Part shown: in pieces, positions 19,413-29,900 of the stretch | Layout of the letters: each line of letters opens with the position of its first letter | Position numbering within the stretch: the stretch's first letter is position 1 | Source of the DNA: a virus | Lineage: Duplodnaviria; Caudoviricetes | Virus record (IMG/VR): IMGVR_UViG_3300024331_000037 | Span: 1 to 58,583 of that record | DNA length: 58,583 bases | Direction: 5' to 3' (one strand) | The notes under the pieces: model-generated | The model's input: the letters and a program-made list of their open reading frames with translations, nothing else | Databases searched by the model: none | Told to the model about the DNA's origin: nothing | Position numbers and translations under genes: made by a program

Positions 19413-20183
19413 ATGGCTATTCAAAAACAAGGGTGGGTTACGGTCGAGACGTGTGTAAATGAGTACTTAGACCGTAGCGAACAAAGTAACCACAAATATT
19501 TCAAAATCTGGAACATAGCCTTTGCCGGTATGCAGAAAATGGGCATCAACTTCTTTTATCAAATACAATCCGTTAAACTACCGATCAATTCTAATTTAAC
19601 CGTTAATCTACCTGAAAACTATTTGCAGTGGTGTAAAGTCGGGGTGCTAAACGGTAAAGGCGAAATTATACCGCTAGATTACAATAACAAGTTAACACTG
19701 TTTGCCGATCTGCAAACAAATAGACTTTCACAAACACAAGACAATAGTCTTTTCAATTTTTACTTCGCCAATTCATTTATCTTTTACAATTATTGGAACG
19801 GGTCAACTTTTGAAAACTTATACGGGTTGCCTAGCGGAGGTCCGTTTGTTGGTAGCTTCAAAATAGATTCAGCCAATGGGTTAATTGTTTTGAACGAGTT
19901 CTTTCAATACGGTTATGTGATGTTAGAGTACTTGGCAAGTCCAAAAGAAGGAAGTGAATACAGAGTTCCGGTACAATTCGAAGAAGCATTGATTGCATTT
20001 ATGGGATGGCAGGATAACTATTACAAAGGCTCCACTTCACATATGCAACGAGGAGACAAGGATGACTTGAAACACAATTTTTACAATGAACTTCGACTAG
20101 CTAAAGCGAACTATAAGCCGTTTTCGCTCGAAGAAGCATACGATTGGAATGAGAAAAACCAACGTTTAACAATTAAAGCATAA
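19413..20183 (+). CDS. Putative tail tubular protein
   Basis: LPENYLQWCKVG, VMLEYL...Y.VP..FEEALIA; position. Confidence 0.6.
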   Translation: MAIQKQGWVTVETCVNEYLDRSEQSNHKYFKIWNIAFAGMQKMGINFFYQIQSVKLPINSNLTVNLPENYLQWCKVGVLNGKGEIIPLDYNNKLTLFADLQTNRLSQTQDNSLFNFYFANSFIFYNYWNGSTFENLYGLPSGGPFVGSFKIDSANGLIVLNEFFQYGYVMLEYLASPKEGSEYRVPVQFEEALIAFMGWQDNYYKGSTSHMQRGDKDDLKHNFYNELRLAKANYKPFSLEEAYDWNEKNQRLTIKA

Positions 20184-23100
20184 TGTTAGCGACGTATCCA
20201 TTTAGAGGCCGACTTAACCTAGACGATCCTACGCTTGTAGTTCCGCAGGGGGATCATGTCATGGCCCGTAATGGAATATTTAGGGGTACAGAAGGGCGGA
20301 TGCGTTTCGAGAGTTGTCTAGGGACGTCCTTGCTACCCAATGCTAACCTTCCAGCCGGTACAAATGTTACGGTAGGAGTTAAATACGACCCTGTAAATGA
20401 AAACTCCAACGGTACGTTAAACCCGCGTGTTATTTTCTTCAACTACAATTCAAATGGGAATAGTGGGATTTATATTTACTATACACTCACACAAACTTTC
20501 CAGACACTTGTACAAGACGGTACAAACACATTAGGACAAGTAACAGGAATCACAACCGCCAATCGAATTACAAGCATAGACCTTTTATACGGAGATGGCA
20601 TACAGGGAACACTTCTTTTCTATGTGGATTCAAATCAAAATTGCCGGAAGCTAAATATAAATAGGATTTTGGCAGGCGGATATCCGACCATTAAAAGCAA
20701 TTTCTTAAATGTAATTAAAGCTCCTCCGATACCGCCTATTCAATGTTGCTACGAAAATGACCAGACCGTTGCTACCAATAACCTAGTTAATTCGCTATTC
20801 AATTTTACCTGTACACACATTTACGACGATTTTGAACAATCCGTACTAGCCAGCGCATCCAAACAACCGTTGCCAAGTGATCCGTTTAATCCCCAAAACA
20901 ATACGCCAGCAAGCAGAAATTCGCGCATCGTGCTCTATATCCCAACAGGAGATATTAATGTAACCAAAATAAGGATATACGCGAAGCAAACTCAATACGG
21001 ATCGACAACAGATTGGTTTATTGTGGACACCTTAGACAAAACACTTTTAAGCATTCCAAGCAATACGGTATGGCAGTATTATTTCCACAATAACGGCAAT
21101 TACACAGCAGCCGATCCTACTTTTACGGTACTGGATTACGATCAAGTGCCACAGTTTGCAAATTGCCAATCTTTATTAGACGGAAATGTAATTTCATACG
21201 CAGGTATTACCGAAGGGTACAACTGGCTTAATCCCTCCTTTAGCACAGCCACATCGAATGTAGCCTTTCCTCAATACTCTATTAACGGAGTTCTTTTCTT
21301 TGCCGCTACAAATGGCATTTTTACAAGTGGACAACCACAGATAAATGTGTACTTGAGAGGGGTAGGGTCAAATGACGGTTTTGGAAACCCTGTAAACTTA
21401 GAAAAGTTCCCACAACTCTTAACGGTAAGAGCTAAGTCAGGAGCAACAGATATTAGTTTTTCCTTTAACAATACGGTTGGGTTGGGTAGTATACCAGCAA
21501 TATTATCGGCGGTATCCGCAGCCGCCGTGACAGCCGGTTGGGTCATTGTCTCTACCAACAGCACCTATTTTACCGCCTATTATCCAACAGGGAATGTTGT
21601 TCTGCAATCGTATTTTGTAGACGGTGTTCGTGCGGATTTTTCACCATACCCAAGCCCTATTTGCTCACATTTCCCTCAATCAACATATTCGTATGGTATT
21701 TTATATCGGGATGCAGATGGCAGAACGAATGGAACGATTAGCAATGTAACCGGGAACCTAATTACTCAAGCGCCAATATCCGGTCAAATACCTCAAGTAT
21801 CAATAAATTTAGCTGCGTTCCAACCGCCGCAGTGGGCAGCTTATTGGGAGCTTGTCCGGACAGATACATTAACCTACAATAAATATATAAACTGGGTTTC
21901 AAATGCCGCGTGTCAGGGAACGGGAGCCGGTGTAAATACGCAATACGCTTATTTTGGGATCAATAACATTCAGACCTATAACCAATCCATTAACGCCACA
22001 GAAGGCGTCATATCGTATTCCTTTACACAGGGGGACCGTATAAAAATATTAGGCAGATACGATGCGCATGAAAATTTCTATCCACTCAATCTGGACTATG
22101 CCATCTTAGGAGTTGCTACAAATCCAATCGCAAACGGTACGATGCAAAGCGGTACATTTATACAGATTTATTACCCCGCTTCCGATGTAGCACCAACCAA
22201 TCCTAATTTTCAATTCCCGGTTAGTAACACCGATACCAATTATCAGAATTACCTTGTATTAATCTACTCCTATAAACCGTATTCAACTACAGGACAGAAC
22301 GTCTATTTTCAAGTCGGACAACAATATAACATTGGGAATCCAGGAACAGGAGCAGCGTACCACATGGGGAATATAGCGGACAACCAAGTGGTAACTACAG
22401 ATGGGGATGTGTTTTATAGACAGCGCACCGTCCCATTAGACAATACGTACTTCATTACGTGTGGCACTTACGATCAACATTCACCATATAGCACAGATTG
22501 GGTGAACGTGAACGGCAATAACGTTCCGTTAGTGGATAACGGCATCTGGAAAATAGTCGGGGATGTAAACAAAGTGGCGGGACTTTTAAATACCCAATAT
22601 CCATACAATTCTGATACAGGGTCAACCCTGCAAAACGAATCTAGTACAATTACACTAGCGGTTCGACTTCGCGGCACACAAACTATTCAGGACGTAGTGG
22701 ACCCTTCCGGGCAGTACGCTAAATATGCTAAAGTGGTACTACCCGGTAATGTAGTGCAGTTAACGCAAATTGTCCCGCTTCAAACCGGATTGCAACCCAT
22801 TACCAGCGGGCAGACTACTTCAATTACCGTAACATTCGATGTAACTATTCAAGTCCCGCCGCTGGGTAAGTTGTGGTTAATTAACTACTGCGTCAATGAA
22901 ATGTTTATAAGCGGCTATCAATTGCAATTGGATGTGATTCGGAACATAACGATAAACGTTTTCGACAAATCGTACAGCGACATTTATGAACTGGCAACCA
23001 ATTCTGATAATAAACCAAATGTGGTTAATGTTGAGGCGGCACAGACATATTTCAGCACCCTATTCAGGTTTAGCCAGCCAGACATTTTAGGAACGGATAT

Positions 23101-24145
23101 TAATAACTCCAATCGGTTTTACTCCGACAATTTTGACGAATGGGATAAGTCATTCGGAGACGTTGAGAGAATGCGCGTCAGACAAAGGGAATTGAGGGTA
23201 TTTCAGAAAAGACGGTGCGGGAGAGTTGGAGTATATCAAAAATTCATCACCAACCAATCAGCCAATACTTCCCTTGTAGTTTCAGACACAATCATTACGC
23301 AAAACAACATTCAATATTTTGAAGGTGAATACGGAATAGGAAACGCTGTGGATAGCTTGTGTAGTTCCGGGTATCAGGATTACTTCGCTGATCCAATTAA
23401 AGGAGTCTGGTGCAGACTGTCATTAAATGGAGTAGACAATATCAGCGAGGATGAGAAAGTGCAAACATTCGCCGGAAACAACCTGCCAACCTACCTGAAT
23501 ACGTATGCCTATCAATTTGGGGGAACATCGGCTATATTAGGAGCATTTAATACGCCGAAAGACAGGGACGCCGAAGTACTTTTCTTTATGCAAGGCGGAA
23601 CAAGTGGGCCTAATACTATACCAAGCCAAACGATAGCCTTTAACGAAAGACAGAAAGTAAGCTACGGGTTTTTTGACTACGCCCCTGATGCCGCCGTTTG
23701 CGCCGAAAATCAGTTGATACTATTCTATAATGGGAATTTGTACATTCAAAACAATACAACAACGTATAGTAACTTTTTCGGCACACAGCAGACGCCAAGT
23801 ATAACAATGGTATTTAAGGAGCCTGTTATAGAAAAAAAGACATTCCTATCGCTTACGCAGGTATCAAACGTTCCGTGGGTATGTCCGCAAATAAATACAA
23901 ATACCTTTTCTTATGGATCAACTTTACAGTCTAGTAATTTGATAGCTGAAGATTTTACGTTATTAGGTACGGATTGGAATGCACCTTTCTGGTTTGACGC
24001 TAACTCTGTTTTTGGGATTATTGATGGAGATGTGTTACAAGGAAACCAGCTAGTCATACAGTTTTCTTCGTCGCAACCAAGCAATTTCAGCTATCTTGCA
24101 GAGATAGCAATCCGATACATTGACAGTCCATTAACCGTTAAATAA
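20183..24145 (+). CDS. Tail stabilisation/nozzle protein (podovirus)
   Basis: G.LNLDD...VPQGD...ARN N-terminus; 1320 aa beta-rich; C-terminal K.F.SL..SN.PW. Confidence 0.75.
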   Translation: MLATYPFRGRLNLDDPTLVVPQGDHVMARNGIFRGTEGRMRFESCLGTSLLPNANLPAGTNVTVGVKYDPVNENSNGTLNPRVIFFNYNSNGNSGIYIYYTLTQTFQTLVQDGTNTLGQVTGITTANRITSIDLLYGDGIQGTLLFYVDSNQNCRKLNINRILAGGYPTIKSNFLNVIKAPPIPPIQCCYENDQTVATNNLVNSLFNFTCTHIYDDFEQSVLASASKQPLPSDPFNPQNNTPASRNSRIVLYIPTGDINVTKIRIYAKQTQYGSTTDWFIVDTLDKTLLSIPSNTVWQYYFHNNGNYTAADPTFTVLDYDQVPQFANCQSLLDGNVISYAGITEGYNWLNPSFSTATSNVAFPQYSINGVLFFAATNGIFTSGQPQINVYLRGVGSNDGFGNPVNLEKFPQLLTVRAKSGATDISFSFNNTVGLGSIPAILSAVSAAAVTAGWVIVSTNSTYFTAYYPTGNVVLQSYFVDGVRADFSPYPSPICSHFPQSTYSYGILYRDADGRTNGTISNVTGNLITQAPISGQIPQVSINLAAFQPPQWAAYWELVRTDTLTYNKYINWVSNAACQGTGAGVNTQYAYFGINNIQTYNQSINATEGVISYSFTQGDRIKILGRYDAHENFYPLNLDYAILGVATNPIANGTMQSGTFIQIYYPASDVAPTNPNFQFPVSNTDTNYQNYLVLIYSYKPYSTTGQNVYFQVGQQYNIGNPGTGAAYHMGNIADNQVVTTDGDVFYRQRTVPLDNTYFITCGTYDQHSPYSTDWVNVNGNNVPLVDNGIWKIVGDVNKVAGLLNTQYPYNSDTGSTLQNESSTITLAVRLRGTQTIQDVVDPSGQYAKYAKVVLPGNVVQLTQIVPLQTGLQPITSGQTTSITVTFDVTIQVPPLGKLWLINYCVNEMFISGYQLQLDVIRNITINVFDKSYSDIYELATNSDNKPNVVNVEAAQTYFSTLFRFSQPDILGTDINNSNRFYSDNFDEWDKSFGDVERMRVRQRELRVFQKRRCGRVGVYQKFITNQSANTSLVVSDTIITQNNIQYFEGEYGIGNAVDSLCSSGYQDYFADPIKGVWCRLSLNGVDNISEDEKVQTFAGNNLPTYLNTYAYQFGGTSAILGAFNTPKDRDAEVLFFMQGGTSGPNTIPSQTIAFNERQKVSYGFFDYAPDAAVCAENQLILFYNGNLYIQNNTTTYSNFFGTQQTPSITMVFKEPVIEKKTFLSLTQVSNVPWVCPQINTNTFSYGSTLQSSNLIAEDFTLLGTDWNAPFWFDANSVFGIIDGDVLQGNQLVIQFSSSQPSNFSYLAEIAIRYIDSPLTVK

Positions 24146-24146
24146 A

Positions 24147-24371
24147 ATGGAACACAAAAATAAAATACCCAATTGGTTGCACTACTGGAAGGTTGCGCTG
24201 TCACGGCCTGACTTAAAAGAATTTAAAGACTTATTGCAGGTTAATGCAAACGTTCCGTCTATGGATTTGGGACAAAATAAAATCGCAACCAAAGACGGGA
24301 TTAAAACTTTTGACCAATTGGTAAAAGAATTAGCTCCAAAAGAAACAAACGACGATGGAAAGCTCAATTGA
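24147..24371 (+). CDS. Hypothetical protein
   Basis: 74-aa coupled ORF. Confidence 0.6.
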   Translation: MEHKNKIPNWLHYWKVALSRPDLKEFKDLLQVNANVPSMDLGQNKIATKDGIKTFDQLVKELAPKETNDDGKLN

Positions 24372-24831
24372 CGATAAGATAGATGAATTGGAGGCAAAGA
24401 TGCTTGAATCTTGTCCAATGGTGCAATGTCCACTGAAACATTTTTTCTTACCAGGGCTTTATATCCGTACTATCCTAATGGAGCAAGGAACAATGGTAAC
24501 ATCGATGAAACATAACACTGTTCACCCGTATTTCGTAATGAAGGGTAAGGTATCTGTATTCAGCGATAATTTAGGCGAGCAGTTAATTGAGGCTCCGCAT
24601 TGGGGTGTAACTACGCCGGGAACTAGAAGGGTGTTATACATGCATGAAACAACGGAATGGAGTACTGTACACCCATTGCCGTTTATTACAGGAATGGAAA
24701 ACGATTTATCGGATGAAGATAAAGAGAGAATAGTAGAGGGGATTGAGAATTTAATCTTGGAACCACATGTAAATAATTTATTGGGCGGTATTGTTAAAAA
24801 TAATACCTTACAGTCAATGATTAATAGTTAA
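24355..24831 (+). CDS. Cupin-like phage protein
   Basis: H.F.PGLYIR...G..VTS..H...H...G.V.V...PG.RRV.Y.HE..W.TVH. Confidence 0.7.
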   Translation: MESSIDDKIDELEAKMLESCPMVQCPLKHFFLPGLYIRTILMEQGTMVTSMKHNTVHPYFVMKGKVSVFSDNLGEQLIEAPHWGVTTPGTRRVLYMHETTEWSTVHPLPFITGMENDLSDEDKERIVEGIENLILEPHVNNLLGGIVKNNTLQSMINS

Positions 24832-24848
24832 CTATAAATTAAACTAAA

Positions 24849-25568
24849 ATGTCATTTGTTGCGGTCGGGGTTACGGCGGGCATCGGAGTAACACAAGCGG
24901 TAATTGGCGGGATTAACGCCGGGAAAGCGCATCGGCAAATGGAGCGGTTGCAAACACCGTCGTACGCGCCGAATAAGGCTATTTCCGATTATTACCAAGA
25001 AGCCCTGAATAGGTATAGCCAAAGTCCGTACCAATCTAATTTTTACGAGCAAGCGCAAAAGCAGGCGGGTAGAAATTTAGCTACAGGTATTGGTGCATTA
25101 CAAGATCGGCATTCAACCGGGAATATAGGCGCATTAGTGCAAGGATCGGATGACCAATTGCAACGGGCCGGAGTACAGGCGGAAGGTTTGCAACGTCAGG
25201 CATTTGGTCAACTAGGTCAGGCGGCTAACATGCAGAACGCAGACTACCAACGACAATTCCAGTACAACAAAGAAGCGCCGTATGAAAAGGCTATGGGTAT
25301 AGCACAAGCAAAAGCGGTAGCAGGTAGTCAGATGGAGAATGCCGGGTTTGCTAACATATCAGGAGGATTAGGTAGTTATGGCCAAATGCAGCAATATAAG
25401 ACGCTGTTTGGCGGGGGCGGAAATACTGGCGGCGGGAACAGCACCAACGCATTCGCGGCGAACAAAGGTCAGGCTTATGCACCAGATATAGCAGATACGG
25501 CAGGAATTTATAATTCACCAGCAGGAGGAATAGGATATATTGACCCAAATTCGTATAGCAGATTTTAA
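24849..25568 (+). CDS. Putative ejection (pilot) protein
   Basis: Hydrophobic Gly/Ala N-terminus, Gln/Ala-rich helices. Confidence 0.65.
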   Translation: MSFVAVGVTAGIGVTQAVIGGINAGKAHRQMERLQTPSYAPNKAISDYYQEALNRYSQSPYQSNFYEQAQKQAGRNLATGIGALQDRHSTGNIGALVQGSDDQLQRAGVQAEGLQRQAFGQLGQAANMQNADYQRQFQYNKEAPYEKAMGIAQAKAVAGSQMENAGFANISGGLGSYGQMQQYKTLFGGGGNTGGGNSTNAFAANKGQAYAPDIADTAGIYNSPAGGIGYIDPNSYSRF

Positions 25569-26960
25569 ATGAGAGGATCATCAGCCATAAACCCAGCCGC
25601 ATATTCAGGTGGAACATTCATTGTCCATCCACCCAACTATTCAGCCTATTACATGCGGGCGATGATGCACCAACAGGCCAAGCAACAAGCCTTATCCCAA
25701 TACTACGACAAACTACAGAACAACATTAATCCGGCAGGCGTACGCAGTCAGGATTTAGACGGATGGAATCAAAAGGCTGACGCATGGCAGCAATTTGGCA
25801 TAGAACATAGGGATGCGTTAATTAATCCAAGATTGGACGGCGGCAGATCGATGGCGAAATTTCAGGCCATGCACCGGGATTTGTTGGGTGATGTTGCCAA
25901 ATCAAAACAAGCGGCACAGCATGAGTTGGCACTTCAAAAAGTTTATTCTAACCCCAATACAGCAGCAAGGGCCACAAAGCAAGACCTTAATGTAGCACAT
26001 TCCATTAGCGCATCTATTTACGACCCACAGCATTATAAGGAAGATGGGGTAACGCCACATGATATATCAGAATTTTCTTTTAATGCTCCGCCGTACGATA
26101 TTAATAAACAAAAATCGGTTGCGGGTATGTTAACAAGAGGTTTGAAACCAACTAAAACATACGGTAAAGCATCTGGTGTTGACCCACAGACAAGATTAAC
26201 AGTTGTGCCGTTTACAGAAAAACATTCTACCAGCAACCTGCAAACAATTGCAGAACGGATGGGACAAGTATACGATTCTGACAAATCAGTACAGGGACAT
26301 TATGACAATGATGTGATCGATCCTAACCGTTTTGACCAACTAAATAAGGCGTATAAATCGGTTTATCCGAACGATGATATTGGGAATGATCCCCGCAAAC
26401 ACGCAATGGCTGACGCTATTTTGGACAATTCGCAATCAAGACAATCTAGTGAATTGCGTTCGGTATCGCGTCCGCCAGTGGGTAGGGGATTAACTAAAGC
26501 GCAGCAAGACCAGCAGTTAATGTTAGGGTTGACGAATCAAATGGCCGCCGCAATGAAGTCTGGTAATACAGATGAGGTTAAAAGGCTTGGTGGGGTTTGG
26601 TTTTCCGGTAATGGGAAAAGTCAATATCAGGATATAGATCAGGGGCAGTTGCCTAGCAGTATGGGTGTTGATTTTAAAACAAAGGGCGGGTATTTGCTAC
26701 ATCACATCGAAAAGCAATGGGTGCCAGATGACCCCAGAAATCCGGCAGTTGGTTCTTACAAAGACGTTTTAAAGACAGATGAAATTGATCCCAATGACCC
26801 GCAATTGATTAGCAAACTTGCTAACTGGCATCAGCGGTTTATGGGCAGCACACCAGCATTGGAAAAGGGAGTAGTTGGGCAGACCTTGAGCCAACCGTCA
26901 GCAGGCAAACCGGCACCAGTAGACCCTGACGCATTAATTGACCACTATAGTAAACCATAA
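25569..26960 (+). CDS. Putative ejection protein
   Basis: Helical, between pilot protein and giant protein. Confidence 0.55.
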   Translation: MRGSSAINPAAYSGGTFIVHPPNYSAYYMRAMMHQQAKQQALSQYYDKLQNNINPAGVRSQDLDGWNQKADAWQQFGIEHRDALINPRLDGGRSMAKFQAMHRDLLGDVAKSKQAAQHELALQKVYSNPNTAARATKQDLNVAHSISASIYDPQHYKEDGVTPHDISEFSFNAPPYDINKQKSVAGMLTRGLKPTKTYGKASGVDPQTRLTVVPFTEKHSTSNLQTIAERMGQVYDSDKSVQGHYDNDVIDPNRFDQLNKAYKSVYPNDDIGNDPRKHAMADAILDNSQSRQSSELRSVSRPPVGRGLTKAQQDQQLMLGLTNQMAAAMKSGNTDEVKRLGGVWFSGNGKSQYQDIDQGQLPSSMGVDFKTKGGYLLHHIEKQWVPDDPRNPAVGSYKDVLKTDEIDPNDPQLISKLANWHQRFMGSTPALEKGVVGQTLSQPSAGKPAPVDPDALIDHYSKP

Positions 26961-29900
26961 ATGGCCGAAGAAACGGACATATTAGAACCCGAAGTAGACG
27001 AACAGCAGCCCGACAATGGACCGGTGCCGCAACCGCCTGCCAAAACGCCGCCGCAACAACCCGTCTTAAAAGACGAGGACAAGCAGCAATTGGTAAAAAT
27101 AATTACCAAGATGCAACAGGCTGGCGAACCGGAAGATAATATCCGCGCCGTTGTCAAACGTTTTCAGGAAACCAGATTAGCGACGCCAGCAACGCCAGTA
27201 GATAAAGGCATCCGTCAGACAACACAGAACCTTAGCCAACCATTACAATTTAACGGTACATTCCAACCAGATTTAGAAGGCGAAAAGAAAGGATTATACC
27301 TGAATGATCCCGACTACCAAGCGCAAAGGAAAGACTTTGTAGGAAGGATAGCAACGGATGAAAACGGGTATAAGTTATATCCAGAAGTACACGCTGACGG
27401 CAAATTATATAATTATTATACACAGAAAGAACTAAAGAATTTTGATCCGCATAGTTTAGAGGGAAAGATAATAGAAGTGCCGAATACAAAAGCGGCATTA
27501 GACGCTAACAATGGGAAGAGATTTATTACTCCAAAATACAACTGGAATACTAACTCATACGATTATCCCGGTGTTCAAACCCCTGACGTACCCACGCAGC
27601 AGACCTTGCCAACAGCAACCGTTTATGGTAGCAAAACAATACCAAGCAAAGCGGGAGACGCCATCCAACCACAACCGATAAAGGATATCCTGGCAGAATC
27701 GGACAAACAGGGCGGCGAATTTAGAAGTGTACTAAAAAATCATACAGAACTATCAACGGACGTTGTTAACACCTTAAACAAATTAGGCGATCCATACAAG
27801 GCATCTATAAAAGCCGGTAGTCAAGGCATGATGAATGTCTTACAAAAAACGGTGGAAGATAAGTACAATCTTAACCGTCCATTACCTGCGAATGTTGATC
27901 CTAATATACTGAACGGACACTTGAATGTTCTAAATAACTTCGATAAAAATAGGAACGAGTTTGAAAGCCAGCAGCAAGAGTTACAACACCAAGCCGATTT
28001 GTTGGCAGATCGCGCCAAAAGAACAGGCCAGCCCGTTAATCCAGAAGACGCCGACAGACTAGCTCAAAAAGCAGCCAATAACCTGCAACGGTGGAACGCC
28101 TATACCAAAGCTGTGAACTTCGCGCAGAACTACGTCAACCAACCAGAAGTTAAACAATACCTTTCCGAATTTCAGAAACGGCAACAGGGCATAGGGTTGA
28201 TGGATGAGATTAGGCAGCGGTCATTCCCTAAAGATACAGAAGCGCAAATCAAACAGGACGAATACGACCGTAAAGCTATCGAAGGAAATACCAACGTATG
28301 GGACTACCTTAAAACAGCAGGCGGGGCAGCAGGCAAAGGATTGGCGAACGTAGCAGAAGGCGCAGCGGAATTAGCACCTAGCGTTTTACCAGCAGCATTC
28401 ACCAATAGTAAGCTGTATCAACAAGGTATAGCGCCAAGTTACAACGCATTTTTACAGAAGTTAAATAACAATGCGCAACAATTCTTGTCATCCAATGCGC
28501 CAGCTATTTCTCCGGAAGCAGTAGAACAGATTAGTAAGGGTAAAGGCGGGTTAAGTTTGTTAGCCAACGACTTTGCCTATACAGTGGGCGGTTTTGCACC
28601 TTACATTCTCCCTGGTTTAGCAGAGGAAGCAGGGGCGGCAAAAGCAGCAACCTTTGGGATGGCACTATCCGAAAGTCTTCCTACAGTGCGAAAAGAGGCT
28701 GAATCAGCCGGGTTAACCGGGTCTGCCTACAATACCTACCTGACGGCTAAACCGCTGGTAAATGCCGCCTTTATGACCTTATTGCCGAACATAAAATTCG
28801 CTAAAGGTTTTGAAAACGATGTGGCAAAAGCTGTAGTTGAAGGTGAATTTAACAATCCGAAGAAAGCACTTTTGAACATGGCCGCTAAAGCCGTCAAAGA
28901 CCCGTCGGACGTTGCGCACTTGCAGGCCATGTTAACGGGTACTAATTTAGGCAATGCAGTGGTTAACCAAGTCACCAACGGATTACAGGCTAAAGAAGAT
29001 TTGCAGCGCGGATTGAGTAGAAAGCAAGGATTATCTACGGATATTTCAGGAGCCTTTGACCCACGGCAAACGGCGGTAATGGCACTTGCTGGTAAAGTAT
29101 TGGAAAGTGTACCAACGCTAAAAAATGCGCTAGGAGATTACAGGGCAGGCAAAGACATATCCGAGACCTACAATCATATACAAAGTAATTTAGTCGAACT
29201 AGCGGCGACCAATAACAAAGCCGTTAGTGCCAAAGTAGATGAATTGCTAAAGAAAGACCCCGGAAACATCTATACCCAACACTTAAAAAATACGCTTGAA
29301 GATTTTGCACACGCCGAACTTAGGATGCCGCAAGGATTGGAGCCAGAACAAAAGGCGGCACTATTTTCTGTTCAAAAAGAGATTAGCCAAAAGCAACGGC
29401 AGATGGCCTACGCCGATCCTGTTTATCAACCGCATCTGCAAAAAAACATCGACGAACTGACAAAGCAGATTCCTGAAATACTAAAAGACCCTAAAAAAGC
29501 AAACGACTATTTAAAGGATAGCCATAAAGATTTTGTTGAAAATATTTCTTCACCAAAAACAGACACTGATGGCAAAAAAACCAGCAATGCCCCCCAAACC
29601 GAAGGGCGGCAAGAAATAGAGAAACCAAGCGAGGGTGCGGCAACGACCTTGGCGGGTACGGAAACCGCACCTTCTATCGAAACCAATCCAGCCTATCGTA
29701 CACTAGACTACGGAGATAACAAAGGGAAGGATGAGAATAAAGAGGCACAAGAAAAGATTAAACAGGAGATATTAAGCGACGAACCGATAGGCAAAACAGG
29801 TGAACGATTTAGTCAGTTGCTTGGCCGCGTTATACCTGAATTTAAAAAGTCATTAGACAATGATCCGCACAATACAGCCATAGTAACCCATTCATCTGTT

